A stretch of DNA of 64,000 bases from Eledone cirrhosa (taxonomy: Eukaryota). The DNA lies in NCBI GenBank assembly GCA_964016885.1, contig OZ024757.1:37076001-37140000 (forward strand). Direction: 5' to 3'. The translations under genes and the position numbers were made by a program. Under the pieces are notes generated by a model, which had not been told where the DNA came from, ran no database searches, and saw only the letters and a program-made list of their open reading frames with translations. Shown one piece after another: positions 1 through 17,483 of the stretch. The first letter of the stretch is position 1. Each line of letters opens with the position of its first letter.

Positions 1-174
1 TGCACATTTTTTTCGGGGGTCTGTGTTACCCATATAAACTGTCTCCCTCTATTGGGGAAAATCGACTAACTTTTAAATTCCATCTGTGATAACATTTTAC
101 ACGTTTTTATTGTATGTAAACTTCCCCCTTTGTATTTGTCCCCTTCTTTTGTGCCCCTGTGGCTAATAAAGAAA
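1..174 (+). mobile_element. 3' UTR of L1/Tx1-type LINE, copy 1 (continues left of window)
   Basis: Nearly identical to 1089-1263 (differences seen: one substitution, one T-run length); ends AATAAA-GAAA followed by TATATCTATC. Confidence 0.85.
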
Positions 175-185
175 TATATCTATCT

Positions 186-1263
186 CTCTACGTATTCCTC
201 ACCGGACAACCGGTGTGGGCCCCGTTCGTGAGGCGAGCCTTCCCACGACTCGTCTCGCTGACCGAGCTGCAGTCCTGGGTCAAGCAGAGACCGAGGAAAA
301 TGGGCGACTGGCACATCGAATGTGCTCAGGCGCTCACAGCCCTCTGGCAGGCGGACCCGGAGATCAGTGGAGACTCCACTTCGTCATTCTATAGAGGGTT
401 GGTCCGCAGCAAGTGCGACGACGCGCTCGGTGAAACTCTAGGCGTAGAGGAAGATGAACTGGCCAGTCTGTTCGGTAGGACCTTCCGCCCGGGACCAATG
501 GACAACTTCCAAAAGTCCCTGGCCTGGCAGTGCTACCGAGGAGCTCTACCAGTTCGAGACAAGCTCTACAGACATGGGCGCCCGGGCAGGGACCCTGCAA
601 AAAAGATCTGTCCGAGGTGCGTGCGAGACGAAGAAACCGTCGCGCACGCATTCATACACTGCCTGGGCGTCACTGACCTGTGGGGCTATGTAGAACGACT
701 ATTGTCGCGGGTGGGACCAATCCAGTTGACCACCGAGTCCATTGTCATGATCAAACCGCCACCCTCCTTCAAAAACGAAGGAGAGGCGGTTTTCCTTTGT
801 GTGATAGCTATGGCGAAAGAGGTTGTATGGTGGACAAGGTTGAAAGGGCTGAGGTCAGACACCTTTCTCTCCGGCCAACAACTGATTCTTTTTTTCAAAT
901 ACCACTTTGGAAGAAGAATCAGGATGGAGAGAGAGGTGCTGTACCCCAGCAAGTTTTATGAAAGGTGGGTGAAAGTGGCGAGAATGGCCCGAGTGAATGG
1001 GCCTTCTCTCTATATCAGCCTGTAGGTTGAGGAAAAGGAGGAGGAGAGGAAAGGAGTACAAGCTCTTCGTACTCCTGGAGATGAGGGTTGCACATTTTTT
1101 TTCGGGGGTATGTGTTACCCATATAAACTGTCTCCCTCTATTGGGGAAAATCGACTAACTTTTAAATTCCATCTGTGATAACATTTTACACGTTTTTATT
1201 GTATGTAAACTTCCCCCTTTGTATTTGTCCCCTTCTTTTGTGCCCCTGTGGCTAATAAAGAAA
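186..1263 (+). mobile_element. 5'-truncated L1/Tx1-type non-LTR retrotransposon, copy 2 (ORF2 C-terminus + 3' UTR)
   Basis: Open frame to TAG at 1025 with zf-RVT-like motif W-x(5)-LP...CPRC-x(4)-ETVAHAFIHC; GC-rich versus flanks; AATAAA at 1254-1259 followed by (TATC)n. The ORF-track start at 159 lies in the UTR of copy 1 and is not a real start. Confidence 0.85.
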
Positions 1264-1471
1264 TATATCTATCTATCTATCTATCTATATAGGTCTCTAT
1301 GTGTTTATATTTAAATACAATGACATTTTTTTTTCAAGGTAAAATAGAGAAATTATTACTCATGACTGTATACCTGTTTCTTTCTATATCTGTTTTTAGA
1401 ATACTATATATATATATATCATCATCGTCACCACTTAACATCTATTTTCCCACATTAGCACATATATATAT

Positions 1472-1780
1472 ATCATCATCATCATCATTTTACGTCCACT
1501 TTTCCCTGCTTGCAAGGGTGGGACGGGAACTGATTCTGGCTTGATTTCTACAGCTGGATGCCCTTCCTAACACCAACCTCATTTACAGTGAGTGCTGGGT
1601 ATTTTTTTGCCGTGGCTCCTCCACGACCACTTTGCAGTGGAATGATAGGACCCCAGTCCCTATCATCTCATTTCTACAGCTGAGTAAACTGGAGCAATGT
1701 GAAATAAAGTGTCTTGCTCAAGGAAATAACACATCACCCGGTTTGAGAATTGAACTCACAACCTTTCGATTGCAAAGCCA
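1472..1780 (-). mobile_element. tRNA-derived CORE-SINE with RTE-like tail, lacking extreme 5' end
   Basis: Reverse complement of the full copy at 40720-41060; (CAT)n tail at left, B box (GAATTGAACTC on +) at right. Confidence 0.85.
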
Positions 1781-2362
1781 TATATATATATATATATATG
1801 CTGATTGTAGATATTATTAATAAATATTAAATTTGACAAAATATACTATAGATAGAAGCATTGTGACACTTGAATGACATTTCAACAACATTTATAAATA
1901 CAAAGATATATTTTGGTACGTTTACTGATATATAAAAATATATCTCCAAAGATTATCTGTATTTTTAGTATATATGTGTGTGTGTTCACCCCACCCTGAG
2001 TGTGTGTGTGAGAGAGATAGAATTGGGAGAGAGAGAGAGAGATAGAGAGTTGAGAGAGAGAGAGAAAGAGTTGAGGATTTGTAAAAAAAAAAAATAGGTC
2101 ACATTATTTGGAAAAAAGTTGAGAAAAATAGAGACCGAAAGACATCAGGTTACTTATGTTTAAACAAACTAATAAATACAAAAATGTGAAGCTTTTAAAA
2201 GTTTTCTTTTCTTGTTGTTTTCAACAGAAACGGGTGTGTGTGGGTTTTATAAATAGCCTAACTTCAGCTGTGTCATTCCCTTTCAGACAGACTCATGGTA
2301 TAGCTATCTATCTATCTATCATAAATATTATTTGACATTGACTCAGAGGGTGCTGAGGGTCG

Positions 2363-2559
2363 GGTCTGGGTTTGTATGCCTGAGCTGAACAGTGGGGTGA
2401 GCTCCGACTGTCCTACAAAATGGCTCAAATAGGTTTGGGTCTGTATGCCTGAGCTGGACAGTGGGGTGAGCTCCCGCTGGCTTACAAAATGGCTCAAACA
2501 GGTCTGGGTCGATATGCCGGAGCTGGGCAGTGGGGTGAGCTCCTACAAAATGGCTCAAA
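2363..2559. repeat. 69-bp GC-rich minisatellite, ~3 diverged copies
   Basis: GGT(C/T)TGGGT...GAGCTG...CAGTGGGGTGAGCTCC...CAAAATGGCTCAAA starting at 2363, 2432, 2501. Confidence 0.9.
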
Positions 2560-2870
2560 GATTATATATATATACATATGTGTATTGTAGAGGTTATAAT
2601 ATTATATAAATGGTGGTTGTGTTGGTGTCATTACAAAAAGCACCCATCCATCTTGTAAGGTGGTAGTGGTAAGGTCTGTCCATCTAACCAATGCCAACAT
2701 GATAAAAAAAGATTAAATGATGATGATAATAATATGTGTGTGTATATATATATATACCTATATATACATCTGTGTGTTTGTAAGTGTGCCTGTGTGTGTA
2801 TTTTCATCTAAAGACATTTTTTCCAATTCCAACCTGCCCGTCCCTTCAATCTATCTTATTTCTTATTCTT

Positions 2871-2906
2871 TCTTCTGATGAAGGACAAGCGTCCGAAACG
2901 TTAAGA
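2871..2906 (+). ncRNA. Minimal type I hammerhead ribozyme in a Penelope-like repeat (element ~2820-2995)
   Basis: TCTT-CTGATGA-a-GGAC(aagc)GTCC-GAAAC-GTT^AAGA: stem I TCTT/AAGA, stem II GGAC/GTCC, loopless palindromic stem III (AACGTT). Confidence 0.8.
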
Positions 2907-3596
2907 CCCTCTTCTTGCTATTTCAAGTTTTAACCTAATATATTCCTTCCATATACTGTACCGATTGTGTTGTTATTTCTGTTTACCTTTTCCCGAGCAG
3001 ATGACGAAGGACCGTGACAAGTGGAGAGATGCTGTGCTGAATAGGGAAAAGCGGACATAAAATGATGATGATATATATATATATATATATGCAAGTATCT
3101 GTGTATGTGTGTGCCTGTATGTGTTTGTATGTATGTATTCACGTGTATGGTTGTCTGTGTATGCGTGCACACACACAGAGGAATGTGGAGAAGAATGCAT
3201 ACAGCACTAGAATAGGAAATAATGGATGTTTGATTGTGTCTTCTTTTCACTGTTTTAAAAGACAATCTCAGTAAAACCCAAACAAGAAATATAGACAGGC
3301 TTGCATAGAAATGACTGGTTTATATGTATTGTGAAGACCAAGATCTATTTTCTATAGAAACTAATAGATAAAGAGATAGATAAAGACAGAGAAAGAGAGA
3401 ATGAGAGTGAAAGAAACAGAGAAAGAGACAGAGTGAAGGAGAATGAGGCATCATACAAGTAAACCTATGAAAATTTAGAAATTCACATAGAAGAGTGAAT
3501 TCAGTTCTGTTTCAATATGTATTGACTGATTAATATGATTTCATATTGTTGCTATATCAAATTGCACAGTAAAGCCAATATATTTATATATATATA

Positions 3597-3754
3597 ACAA
3601 AGGAAGTGTGGTAAGGAACCAGGTGGACCATAACGCACCAGAGTACTCAATAGTTAGGGTAGTAGAGTGGGTAATAGGAAAAGAGTCAGGACCTTGATGG
3701 CAGATTTAGCAGCTGAAACAGCCGGAGCTCAGCCGTCGGGGTCCTGATTCTTTT

Positions 3755-3756
<2 letters not shown>
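3597..3756 (-). mobile_element. (TA)n-flanked fold-back element, family C (other copies ~17632-17752, 25493-25667, 61888-62072, 62838-62997)
   Basis: Shared tail GGAAGTGTGGTAAG..ACCAGGTGGACCATAA..CACCAGAGTACTCAATA..GGTAGTAGAGTGGGTAATAGGAAAA followed by an imperfect inverted repeat (GGAAAAGAGTCAGGACC..GGTCCTGATTCTTTTCC). Confidence 0.7.
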
Positions 3757-3791
<35 letters not shown>

Positions 3792-4593
3792 GTAGTAAGG
3801 TTGGATGGATGCGTCCATAGGTGGTATGGCAGTTGAGCACTTCGTTTTCCATATTATATATATATATAAGAAAATTAACAAAAAGAGGACAAGACAACAA
3901 ACAAAACAAAACTAAAAACAATTTTTTAAGGGGAAATCTTAAAAAATTATTTAAAAAAACAAAAACAAATGAAGGACACAGAACTCCATGGTCATCGGAT
4001 GTTGAGAGGGACTTGGGCAGTTTTGAGCCCTACCAACAGCACTGCTGGTCCATCCGGGGGTCACAGCATCTGACACAAGCCAAATGCTCTCCAGTGGAGT
4101 AGGAGACGAGAGACAAAACATTAATTTATAGTAATTATAATCAACTGACAAGATCCCAGGCCTCATTCGTTTAATGAGAGGGGTGGAGCTCGTTAAATCG
4201 GACCAAGGAAACAATGTTTCCATTGGTCTTTCCAAGTGCTAATACTATCTACTGGTTGCAACTCCAGGCAGAAGGAGCAATGTGAAATAAAGTGACTTGC
4301 TCAAGGACATAACATAATGCCTGGTCTAATATAATGACTATATTGGATTTTTTGTCTGTCTGTCTGTCACATGAATACTACGCATCCAGAAAGATTGTTT
4401 AGATTTCATGGAAATGAAATCTAAGACTATAATGAAGAGGTGACGGTGGTGGTTGTGAGGATTTTTTTCAAAAACACCTGTTCTGTTTATGGTGTTGTCT
4501 GTTTGTCTCCCCACTCTCTCTCAAGTTTTATCTCTCTCTCTCTTTATAAATACAGACATACATATATCTCTCTCTCACCCCACAGACACACAC

Positions 4594-4625
<32 letters not shown>

Positions 4626-5337
4626 TTTCATTGTTATTAAGGCTTAAAAGTGAGTCTTGTGCCTCTGGAGTTTTGCCTGTGAATATTAAAACTCTATTTC
4701 GGTATTGAGTACTCCTTTCTCTCAGCTGTCAACCACATACACAAATATATATATATATACACAGACACACAGATATATATATATATATAAAGAAAAAAAG
4801 ATGAAATCGAAAATGCAAATGGAGTCTTATTTTTAAAAATATATATATATTTATTTGGTTCCTTTACCGGTTTCGCAGTTCTTCTGCTTTTCAAAAGTAG
4901 GGTTGAGATGGAGGGTCTGTGGTTTTTCTCACATCTATATATATAAAGTTGATATGTTCTATTGTACGTTTATATCATTTGATATATATATGTCATTCAC
5001 TATTTTGTAATAATTAAATGCTTGGATTTATTCCTTGAATTTTTCTTAGAGATTATTCTACAGGTGATAAGTTCCAGATTTTCTCAAACATGACGTCTAT
5101 AATTTTCGATGTAATATATATCTATTTTTAAATATATATATATATATAATTCACAAATATAGCTTTGTTAAAGTTTGGTGAAGAAACCAAAATACATCTT
5201 TTTGTTCAGTCCATAAAATAATGGTTCATGTACTATTAATAATATAAAGTTACTGATGCTTAAAATATAATGTAATATATATATCATCATCACCATCATC
5301 GTTTAACGTCCATCTTCCACACTAGCATGGGTTAGAC

Positions 5338-5374
<37 letters not shown>

Positions 5375-5561
5375 ATAATAATTATGAAGACCATCTTCCG
5401 AAGAGGGCTCGAGAAGGATTTTATATATATATAAACCAGAAGAGCAAATATTTATTATTAGTACAGACTAGTTAAAGTTTAATGATATATATATATAAAC
5501 TAGTAGAGCACACATTTATTATTAAGGTTTAAGGTTTAATAATATATATATATATATATAT

Positions 5562-5730
5562 TCCACTATAAAGTGGTTGTGGTGGTGCCACGGCAAAAAA
5601 GCACCCAGCACTCACTGTAAATGAGGTTGGTGTTAGGAAGGGCATCCAGCTGTAGAAATCAAGCCAGAATCAGTTCCCGTCCCACCCTTGCAAGCAGGGA
5701 AAAAAGCGGACGTAAAATGAAATGATGATT
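5562..5730 (+). mobile_element. 3' half of CORE-SINE (RTE-like tail)
   Basis: Matches 40895-41055 closely; ends GGACGTAAAATGAAATGATGAT. Confidence 0.85.
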
Positions 5731-5767
5731 AAGGTTACGGTTTAATAATATATATATATATATATAT

Positions 5768-6056
5768 ATTTATTATTAGTACAGGTTAAGGTTTAATAAT
5801 AAATATATATATATATATTTATTATTAGTACAGGTTAAGGTTTAATAATAAATATATATATATATATATTTATTATTAGTACAGGTTAAGGTTTAATAAT
5901 AAATATATATATATATATATTTATTATTAGTACAGGTTAAGGTTTAATAATAAATATATATATATATATTTATTATTAGTACAGGTTAAGGTTTAATAAT
6001 AAATATATATATATATATATTTATTATTAGTACAGGTTAAGGTTTAATAATAAATA
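5768..6056. repeat. ~50-bp tandem repeat of AT-rich hairpin units, ~6 copies
   Basis: ATTTATTATTA-GTACAGGTTAAGGTT-TAATAATAAAT separated by variable (TA)n. Confidence 0.9.
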
Positions 6057-6111
<55 letters not shown>

Positions 6112-6308
6112 CACACTGAAAAGTCAGTTCATGCTTTCTACCAATATAGTGTTGCAACTAGTAACCTACAACCAGCAAGCAGTACTCAACACACCACACC
6201 ACCCTCAGTGATGCCTACAAACCACCACCTGTGTGTCTACCTCTTCAGAGATGCTCGTTTGAATAAACAAATAAATATAGGGGAAGAAGCAAGCAGGAAC
6301 ACACTTAC

Positions 6309-6405
6309 CTAGTGAGAAGAACATCAACAGTATGAGATTAATGATAAGAAATTGGTTTTTGTGATGCAGCAGTGCTGGAATTGCTTGGAGCCATATCAAC
6401 GCCAT
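6309..6405 (-). CDS. Probable first coding (signal-peptide) exon of an unidentified secreted/membrane protein; exon 6309-6449
   Basis: On - strand: pyrimidine tract + TGTAG acceptor at 6450, ATG at 6405 (GAGATGG), MALIWLQAIPALLHHKNQFLIINLILLMFFSL, then consensus donor AG|GTAAGT in phase 1. Confidence 0.6.
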
Positions 6406-6489
6406 CTCACCTTTTGATTCAATACTACGAGACTGTCAGAGAGCATCACCTACATAGAAAGTAGAGGTGAGGTGATGAAAAGAACATAA

Positions 6490-6677
6490 TGATAATAACA
6501 ATAATAACATAATGAATAATAACAACAACTATAATGATATTTATACTACGACTAGTACTACTACTATTACAGCTAGTACTACTACTACTACTACTATTAC
6601 AGCTAGTACTACTACTACTATTACAGCTAGTACTACTACTACTATTACAGCTAGTACTACTACTACTACTACTACAG

Positions 6678-6722
<45 letters not shown>

Positions 6723-6815
6723 ATAATATAATGAATAACAACTATACTACTACTACTATTACAACTAGTACTACTACTATAACTACTACAACTACTACAA
6801 ATAATAATAATAATG
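6490..6815. repeat. (TAC)n/(AAT)n trinucleotide microsatellite
   Basis: Direct inspection. Confidence 0.95.
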
Positions 6816-6920
6816 ACCACAATAACATTAATAAACTAATAATAACACAAATAATATGGAAAAACTAAAAGAAACTTCAAAATATAATTAAAAACTGGTT
6901 TGCTATCTCCTATATAATTT

Positions 6921-6971
<51 letters not shown>

Positions 6972-7234
6972 TGTGTGCATGTGGGTGTATGTATATATGT
7001 GTATGTATATACATACATATATATTTGTATGTGTATATATGTACTTATATATATATATATTTATGTATATATATCTATATATTTGTGTATGCATATATAA
7101 TGTGTGCATGTGGGTGTATGTATATATGTATATAAATATATGAGGGAAGGTGTAGAAAGTAATAAAGAAATACACACATACATATACATATATATATGTA
7201 TTTGTAAATGTTTATTTTTTCTTTATATGCAATA

Positions 7235-10885
<3,651 letters not shown>

Positions 10886-11154
10886 AATGAATATAAAGAA
10901 AGAAAAGAAAGGGAAAAAAAATAAACATTTACTTTACATTTACACATTTACATAACGAAGCAAAGAATGAAAAGAAACTCTTAAATCATTTTTATATTAT
11001 TATTATTATTACTATTATTATTTGATCCATTGAAAAGGAAGGAAGGTTTGAGGGAAGACTTCAAGAATGGTTAAATACATTAAAGAACGTAGCCAATAAA
11101 TAGACAACAAGTACACAAAACAGGTTCCACAGATAAGCATAGAGAAATTAATAC

Positions 11155-11196
11155 CTGAACCTGACCAACGACGAGTCATACTGACTTCCCCAGACT
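11155..11196 (-). other. Candidate 42-nt 5' UTR exon of the - strand gene
   Basis: Acceptor TTCTTTCTTCGTTGATTGCAACAG| and donor CAG|GTATTA in an island of unique sequence between microsatellites. Confidence 0.3.
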
Positions 11197-11335
11197 CTGT
11201 TGCAATCAACGAAGAAAGAATATTTTAACCGAAAATTTTATGATAATGAGCTTATGTTTCTTCGTGTTCTCCCTTCCTTCCTTATTGCTTTCTTTCTTTC
11301 TTGCTTTCTCCACCCACCCTTATGTACTTATACGT

Positions 11336-12215
<880 letters not shown>

Positions 12216-12221
12216 TATATA

Positions 12222-12297
12222 CAGGGTGTCCCAAAAAATGTATACACACTTCAACACCATTCTAATAAGTGTGTATACATTTTGGGGGGACACCCTG
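12222..12297. mobile_element. Tc1/mariner-type MITE (second, degraded copy ~19579-19672)
   Basis: TA-CAGGGTGTCCC..AAAATGTATACACACTT / AAGTGTGTATACATTTT..GGGACACCCTG-TA: ~30-bp TIRs with TA on both sides. Confidence 0.85.
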
Positions 12298-12559
12298 TAT
12301 ATTGTTTTGATTTGATTTTTTCTCTCTACAAAACATATGCAGACAAGAAATTGTTATTTTCTTTAAATGCTGCAATATTTTCAATGCAGATCAAAGACAA
12401 TTATCAGTATCATTATTACATGTGAGAGAGGGGGGTAGGGGTGGAAAGGGGGTGGGGATGGAGGGGGTGGGGAGGGAGTGGGAGATGCGGGTGGGTGAGA
12501 GAGAGATGATAAATCATTGAATTTCTGAATCAATCAGCCCATCAATCGATCACTATAAC

Positions 12560-13640
12560 ACTAACTCCACCATCAGCATCATACCACCACCACCATCATA
12601 CCACCACCACCACCTCCACCATACCATCACCACAGTACCACCACCATCATCATCACTATTTGATCACCACCATCACTACCACCACCACTACATCACACCA
12701 CCTCCACCACTACATCACCACCTCCACCACCACTACATCACCAACACCACGGTCACTACATCACCACCACGATCACTACCTCCACCAGCACCACCACTAC
12801 ACCACTACATCACACCACCTCCAGCACCATACCACCACCACACTACCACCACCATTACACCACCACCACCACCACTACATCACACCACCTCCAGCACCAT
12901 ACCACCACCACACTACCACCACCATTACACCACCCCCACCCCCACTACATCACACCACCTCCAGCACCATACCACCACCACCATTACACCACCACCACCA
13001 CCACTACATCACACCACCTCCAGCACCATACCACCACCACACTACCACCACCACCACTACATCACACCACCTCCAGCACTACACTACCACCATCATTATA
13101 CCACTACCACCACTACATCACACCACCTCCAGCACTATACCACCACCAGCACCACACCACCACCACCATCACTACACTACATAACCGGCACCACACTACC
13201 ACCATCATTACACCACCACCGCCAGCACCACACTACCAACATCATTACACCACCACCACCACACTACATCACCACCACCACCACCATCATTACACCACTA
13301 CACCACCATCACTACATCACACCACCCGCCACAACTACCTCAACCACTATCACCACTACCATTACTACACTGCCACATCCACCACAAAACCACTACCTTC
13401 ACCACCACCACTACATCACACCACCACCACCATCACTACATCACACCACCACCACCATCACTACATCACACCACCACCACTACATCACACCACTGCCTCC
13501 ACCTCCTCCACCACCACCAGCACTACACCACCTCCACCACCACCACCACCTCCTCCACCACCACCACCACCACCATCACTACACCACCACCAGCACTACA
13601 CCACCTCCACCACCACCACCACCACACCACCACCACCACC
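12560..13640. repeat. (CAC)n-rich compound microsatellite
   Basis: Direct inspection. Confidence 0.95.
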
Positions 13641-14676
13641 TGTAGTCACTGTAGTCTGTCTAAACAGATCACAGGTATATTATGAAAATGGCAACTAATG
13701 TATTATTTTGCTTCCTGTATAATAAATCTAACAAAAATTTACAAGGAAATGTAATGGCACATTATATATATATATATGTGAATGAATGCACTTATAGTGT
13801 ATGCACATGTATATACTTTCATGCATGAATGCACATAAACATGTATGCACACATAAACATGTATATATATATATATACATACATGCACGAATGCACACAT
13901 ACATGAAGTATATGTACACTTATGTATGCATTCATGCATATATATTCAATGCAAGTATGCATACCTATATATATATATATATATATATACAATACATGAA
14001 TGCATATATATATATATATAGAATGCATGTATGCATACATACATATATATATATATGTATGCATATATACAATGCATATATGCATACACACATATATATA
14101 TATATACAATGCATATATGCATACACATATATAGGCATGTATGCCTGTATACATATAGTTATGCATTCGTATGTATATTATGCATACGCAATATATTTAT
14201 GCAATACACACATACACACACATATATATATATATATATATGCATGCTATGTGTGTATGTTTATATATATATGCATACAAACACAAATATATATAAGACA
14301 GAGAGAAAGAAAAAGAAATGGTTGACACATAAAGGGTAGATTGGGGTTGGGTGGTGGTGGTGAATAAAAGACTTCGATTACAACGCAGTGATAAAAACCA
14401 ATAAATACGCTCGGTTTTCTAGGGCTTAGCAAATATAAATATAAATAAGTTACAGAGAAAATAATTAAATTAACATATAAGAGTAAAATAAGAAATAACT
14501 TAAGGAATAATAATAATAATGATATTAATAATAATCATTTCTGATTTAGGCACAAGGCCAGCAATTTTGGGGAGGAGAAAGTCGATCAAATCGAACCCAG
14601 TACGTTACAATAGGAATGTCGAATTATATAATTATAGAAACGAAGAACGCAATAGTCTCTCTCTGTAGGATGTGTG

Positions 14677-14711
<35 letters not shown>

Positions 14712-14721
14712 ATAACCGTAT

Positions 14722-14777
<56 letters not shown>

Positions 14778-14864
14778 ATTCAATTGCACCCTACTACCTA
14801 TATATATGTGTGTATATATATATGTGTGTGTATGTGTGTATTTATATATATGTGTGTGTGTATA

Positions 14865-14908
<44 letters not shown>

Positions 14909-15410
14909 AACACATATATATAAAGAGAGAGAGAGAAATAGACACAGGGAATCTATTTCACAAAAGTCTAGACCCACTTACTGCAGAACTAAACAACAAC
15001 AAACAATATAATAATATCGAAAACAATTATATAACTAGTATTTCTGCTTATGATGATGATGATGATGATGATCTATAGAAATTGTGTGTAGGTGTATATG
15101 TGTGTTTAAGAGGTCGATAATCAGTCATGGTTAAGGCCAGTTGTGTTTTGAAATGAACAACAACCACGCACCTTTGTATTGACATATCACATTTTCATTT
15201 GTCACGAGGCCAATGAAGTAGTCGTATGTATGTGTGTATATATGTGTGTGTATATGTGTGTATATATGTGTATATATATATATTCTTTGATATACTCATT
15301 GAATATTGTTTACCTCTTTAATATATATATATATGTACATTATTCTATGTACTATACATGCACCTTTGATGAGTTGTAGTGCACCTGAGCACTGTACACA
15401 ATAATTTCAT

Positions 15411-15457
<47 letters not shown>

Positions 15458-15458
<1 letters not shown>

Positions 15459-15729
15459 AATGAAGTATTTCCGTAGGAAAGGTAAAGGAAAAGAGAGTAC
15501 TCTATGTAGGCTACAGAGCTTTTTAGTTATGTAATAAGCAACATAAGATAATTATTTCATTTACCAAAGGTTTCACGTCTGACTTCGGTCGTCAATAGAT
15601 ATATTTTTAAAATCACTGTCAATAAATACACCAGGATTTTTTCATTCTGATGACTGAAAGCAAATTTTGTTTGCTTTCAAGAAACCACTGTAAATGAAAT
15701 AATTATCTTATGTTGTTTATTACATAACT
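15458..15729. mobile_element. (TA)n-flanked fold-back hammerhead element, family A (hammerhead on + at 15640-15699)
   Basis: Inverted arms ~15525-15563/15690-15729; TTTCATT-CTGATGA-cTGAAAGCAAA..TTTGCTTTCAa-GAAACCACTG-TA^AATGAAA (one G lost from stem III); same tail as 47987 and 50975-51040. Confidence 0.75.
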
Positions 15730-16011
15730 ATATATATATATATGTAAAAGAATTTTAAAAGAGATCATATCAAATTTTATACTGATACGTAATGTTATTT
15801 CTATAATTAATTAGGAAGTATTAACAGGTTCAAACAACAAAGAACTACATGACCCCCCCCCCCAAAAAAAAACACCCCACTAGCAATCTACACGTTAGAA
15901 AATGCATATCTGTGAAATAACATTTAAAAGTAAGTCAGTTGTAAAGAAAGAAAAGGTCTTACACAACATGTGACACACCAACCTGTACACATTTGTGATT
16001 TCACGACTCAC

Positions 16012-16074
16012 CTGTTCTTTTCTTTCACGCTTTTAGATCTAGCCCTCCCTGCGCCGCCGAATCTAAGATGAATG
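16012..16074 (-). other. Candidate 63-nt 5' UTR exon of the - strand gene
   Basis: Consensus donor CAG|GTGAGT, acceptor TTTTCTTAAAATACAG|, locally GC/CpG-rich. Confidence 0.4.
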
Positions 16075-16327
16075 CTGTATTTTAAGAAAACATCGCACAT
16101 GATCTATATCGGGCCCCCCGACTCTCTCTCTCTCATTTATATATATATATATATATATATATTTATCTATATCTATATATATAGTCGGGCCCCGACTCTC
16201 TCTCTCTCTCTCTTATATATATATATATATATTCTAGAGTAAGAAATAAGTATATATGAAAATATATTTTGAAAATAAACAAGAAAAACTCTAGCTTATA
16301 ACTAATCAACCAGTGTATGTTTGTGAT

Positions 16328-16358
<31 letters not shown>

Positions 16359-16522
16359 GAAAGGTATAGAAAATATTGTAGCAAAAAGCCAACAGTATTC
16401 CATAATATATAAGTGACTATAGCGTCAAAATGGGAAAAATAGTTAACGTAAGATGTGGGAAAAATAATTCAAACTCAACTCAAAAAGAATCAGAATATAG
16501 ATTCATCCAACAGAATTTAGTG

Positions 16523-16556
<34 letters not shown>

Positions 16557-17429
16557 GTCCATTTCACTATTATAAGGTTCACCCCACCTCTCTTTATAGC
16601 AATCTCACACGAAGGGAGTAGTAGTAATATTTATAAAGAAAACATTATGCACGATCTATTATAAACCTATTTTGGAATTTATATATATATCCGTATGTGG
16701 TTGACAGCTGATAGAAAGGAGTACTCAATACCTTTAATATTCAATACTATTAAGGCTAAAAAGTGAGTCTTGTTACTCTGGAGTTTCGTCTGTTTATTAA
16801 AGGGTTCACCTGGTTGTGGTGGGGCTGTGAGTGTTTCTGAAGAGGACTGTCGACTGAACAGAGTTTCCTAGACTAGAAATAGGTATTAACTTAACCACTA
16901 CCATGCTAGTCGATATATCGACCCTCTGAAACGATCGTAAAACAATGAACTAACTATCAACCTACACATGACTTCTGTTTTTATTGTTCTACGCACAAAC
17001 GCATACATATATATATATATTCCATCTTGAGTACATGTTCTTCTCTGTAATATGTATTTAGTACAATATACTGTGTCTTCTCTGGCAATATGGTTCTTTC
17101 TCTCTTTATATATACACATATATCTTCTACTTTTGACTATATAAATATTTACCTGGTCATTTTTATATTTTAAGGTCCACCTCTGCCTAATCTTTCTACC
17201 AATCTCAGATGACAGTAGTAGTAGTAGTAGCAATATTTTTAAAGAAAACATTGTACACATATAAATCACACAGGTTGGTTGATGGCAAAGAAAAGAAAAG
17301 GTTTCTTTCTCACAATGACAACACAGTAAAGACAGTGAGCCAAGGAAACAAAACACGCCAGTCGTGACATAATACTTGTTAGGAGGGAGGTTAAGACGGA
17401 AATGTTCGTTAGGAAATCTCTGCTACCTG

Positions 17430-17483
<54 letters not shown>

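Noticed and set aside
4020-4090. Cys-rich mini-exon (HLACVRCCDPRMDQQCCW*) that could follow the signal-peptide exon
   Set aside because: Would need a rare GAG acceptor, has an odd cysteine count and no other support.
11018-11209. Hydrophobic 63-aa ORF as GPI/TM terminal exon
   Set aside because: No upstream coding exons found on the - strand between it and the promoter; better explained as a short UTR exon plus T-rich intron.
12428-12498. G-quadruplex-capable G-tract
   Set aside because: Real G-runs but ordinary low-complexity sequence with no evidence of function.
12660-13184. His/Thr/Pro-rich protein (also 6446-6868, 53783-54350, 55624-56245)
   Set aside because: Trinucleotide microsatellites open in most frames, without splice signals.
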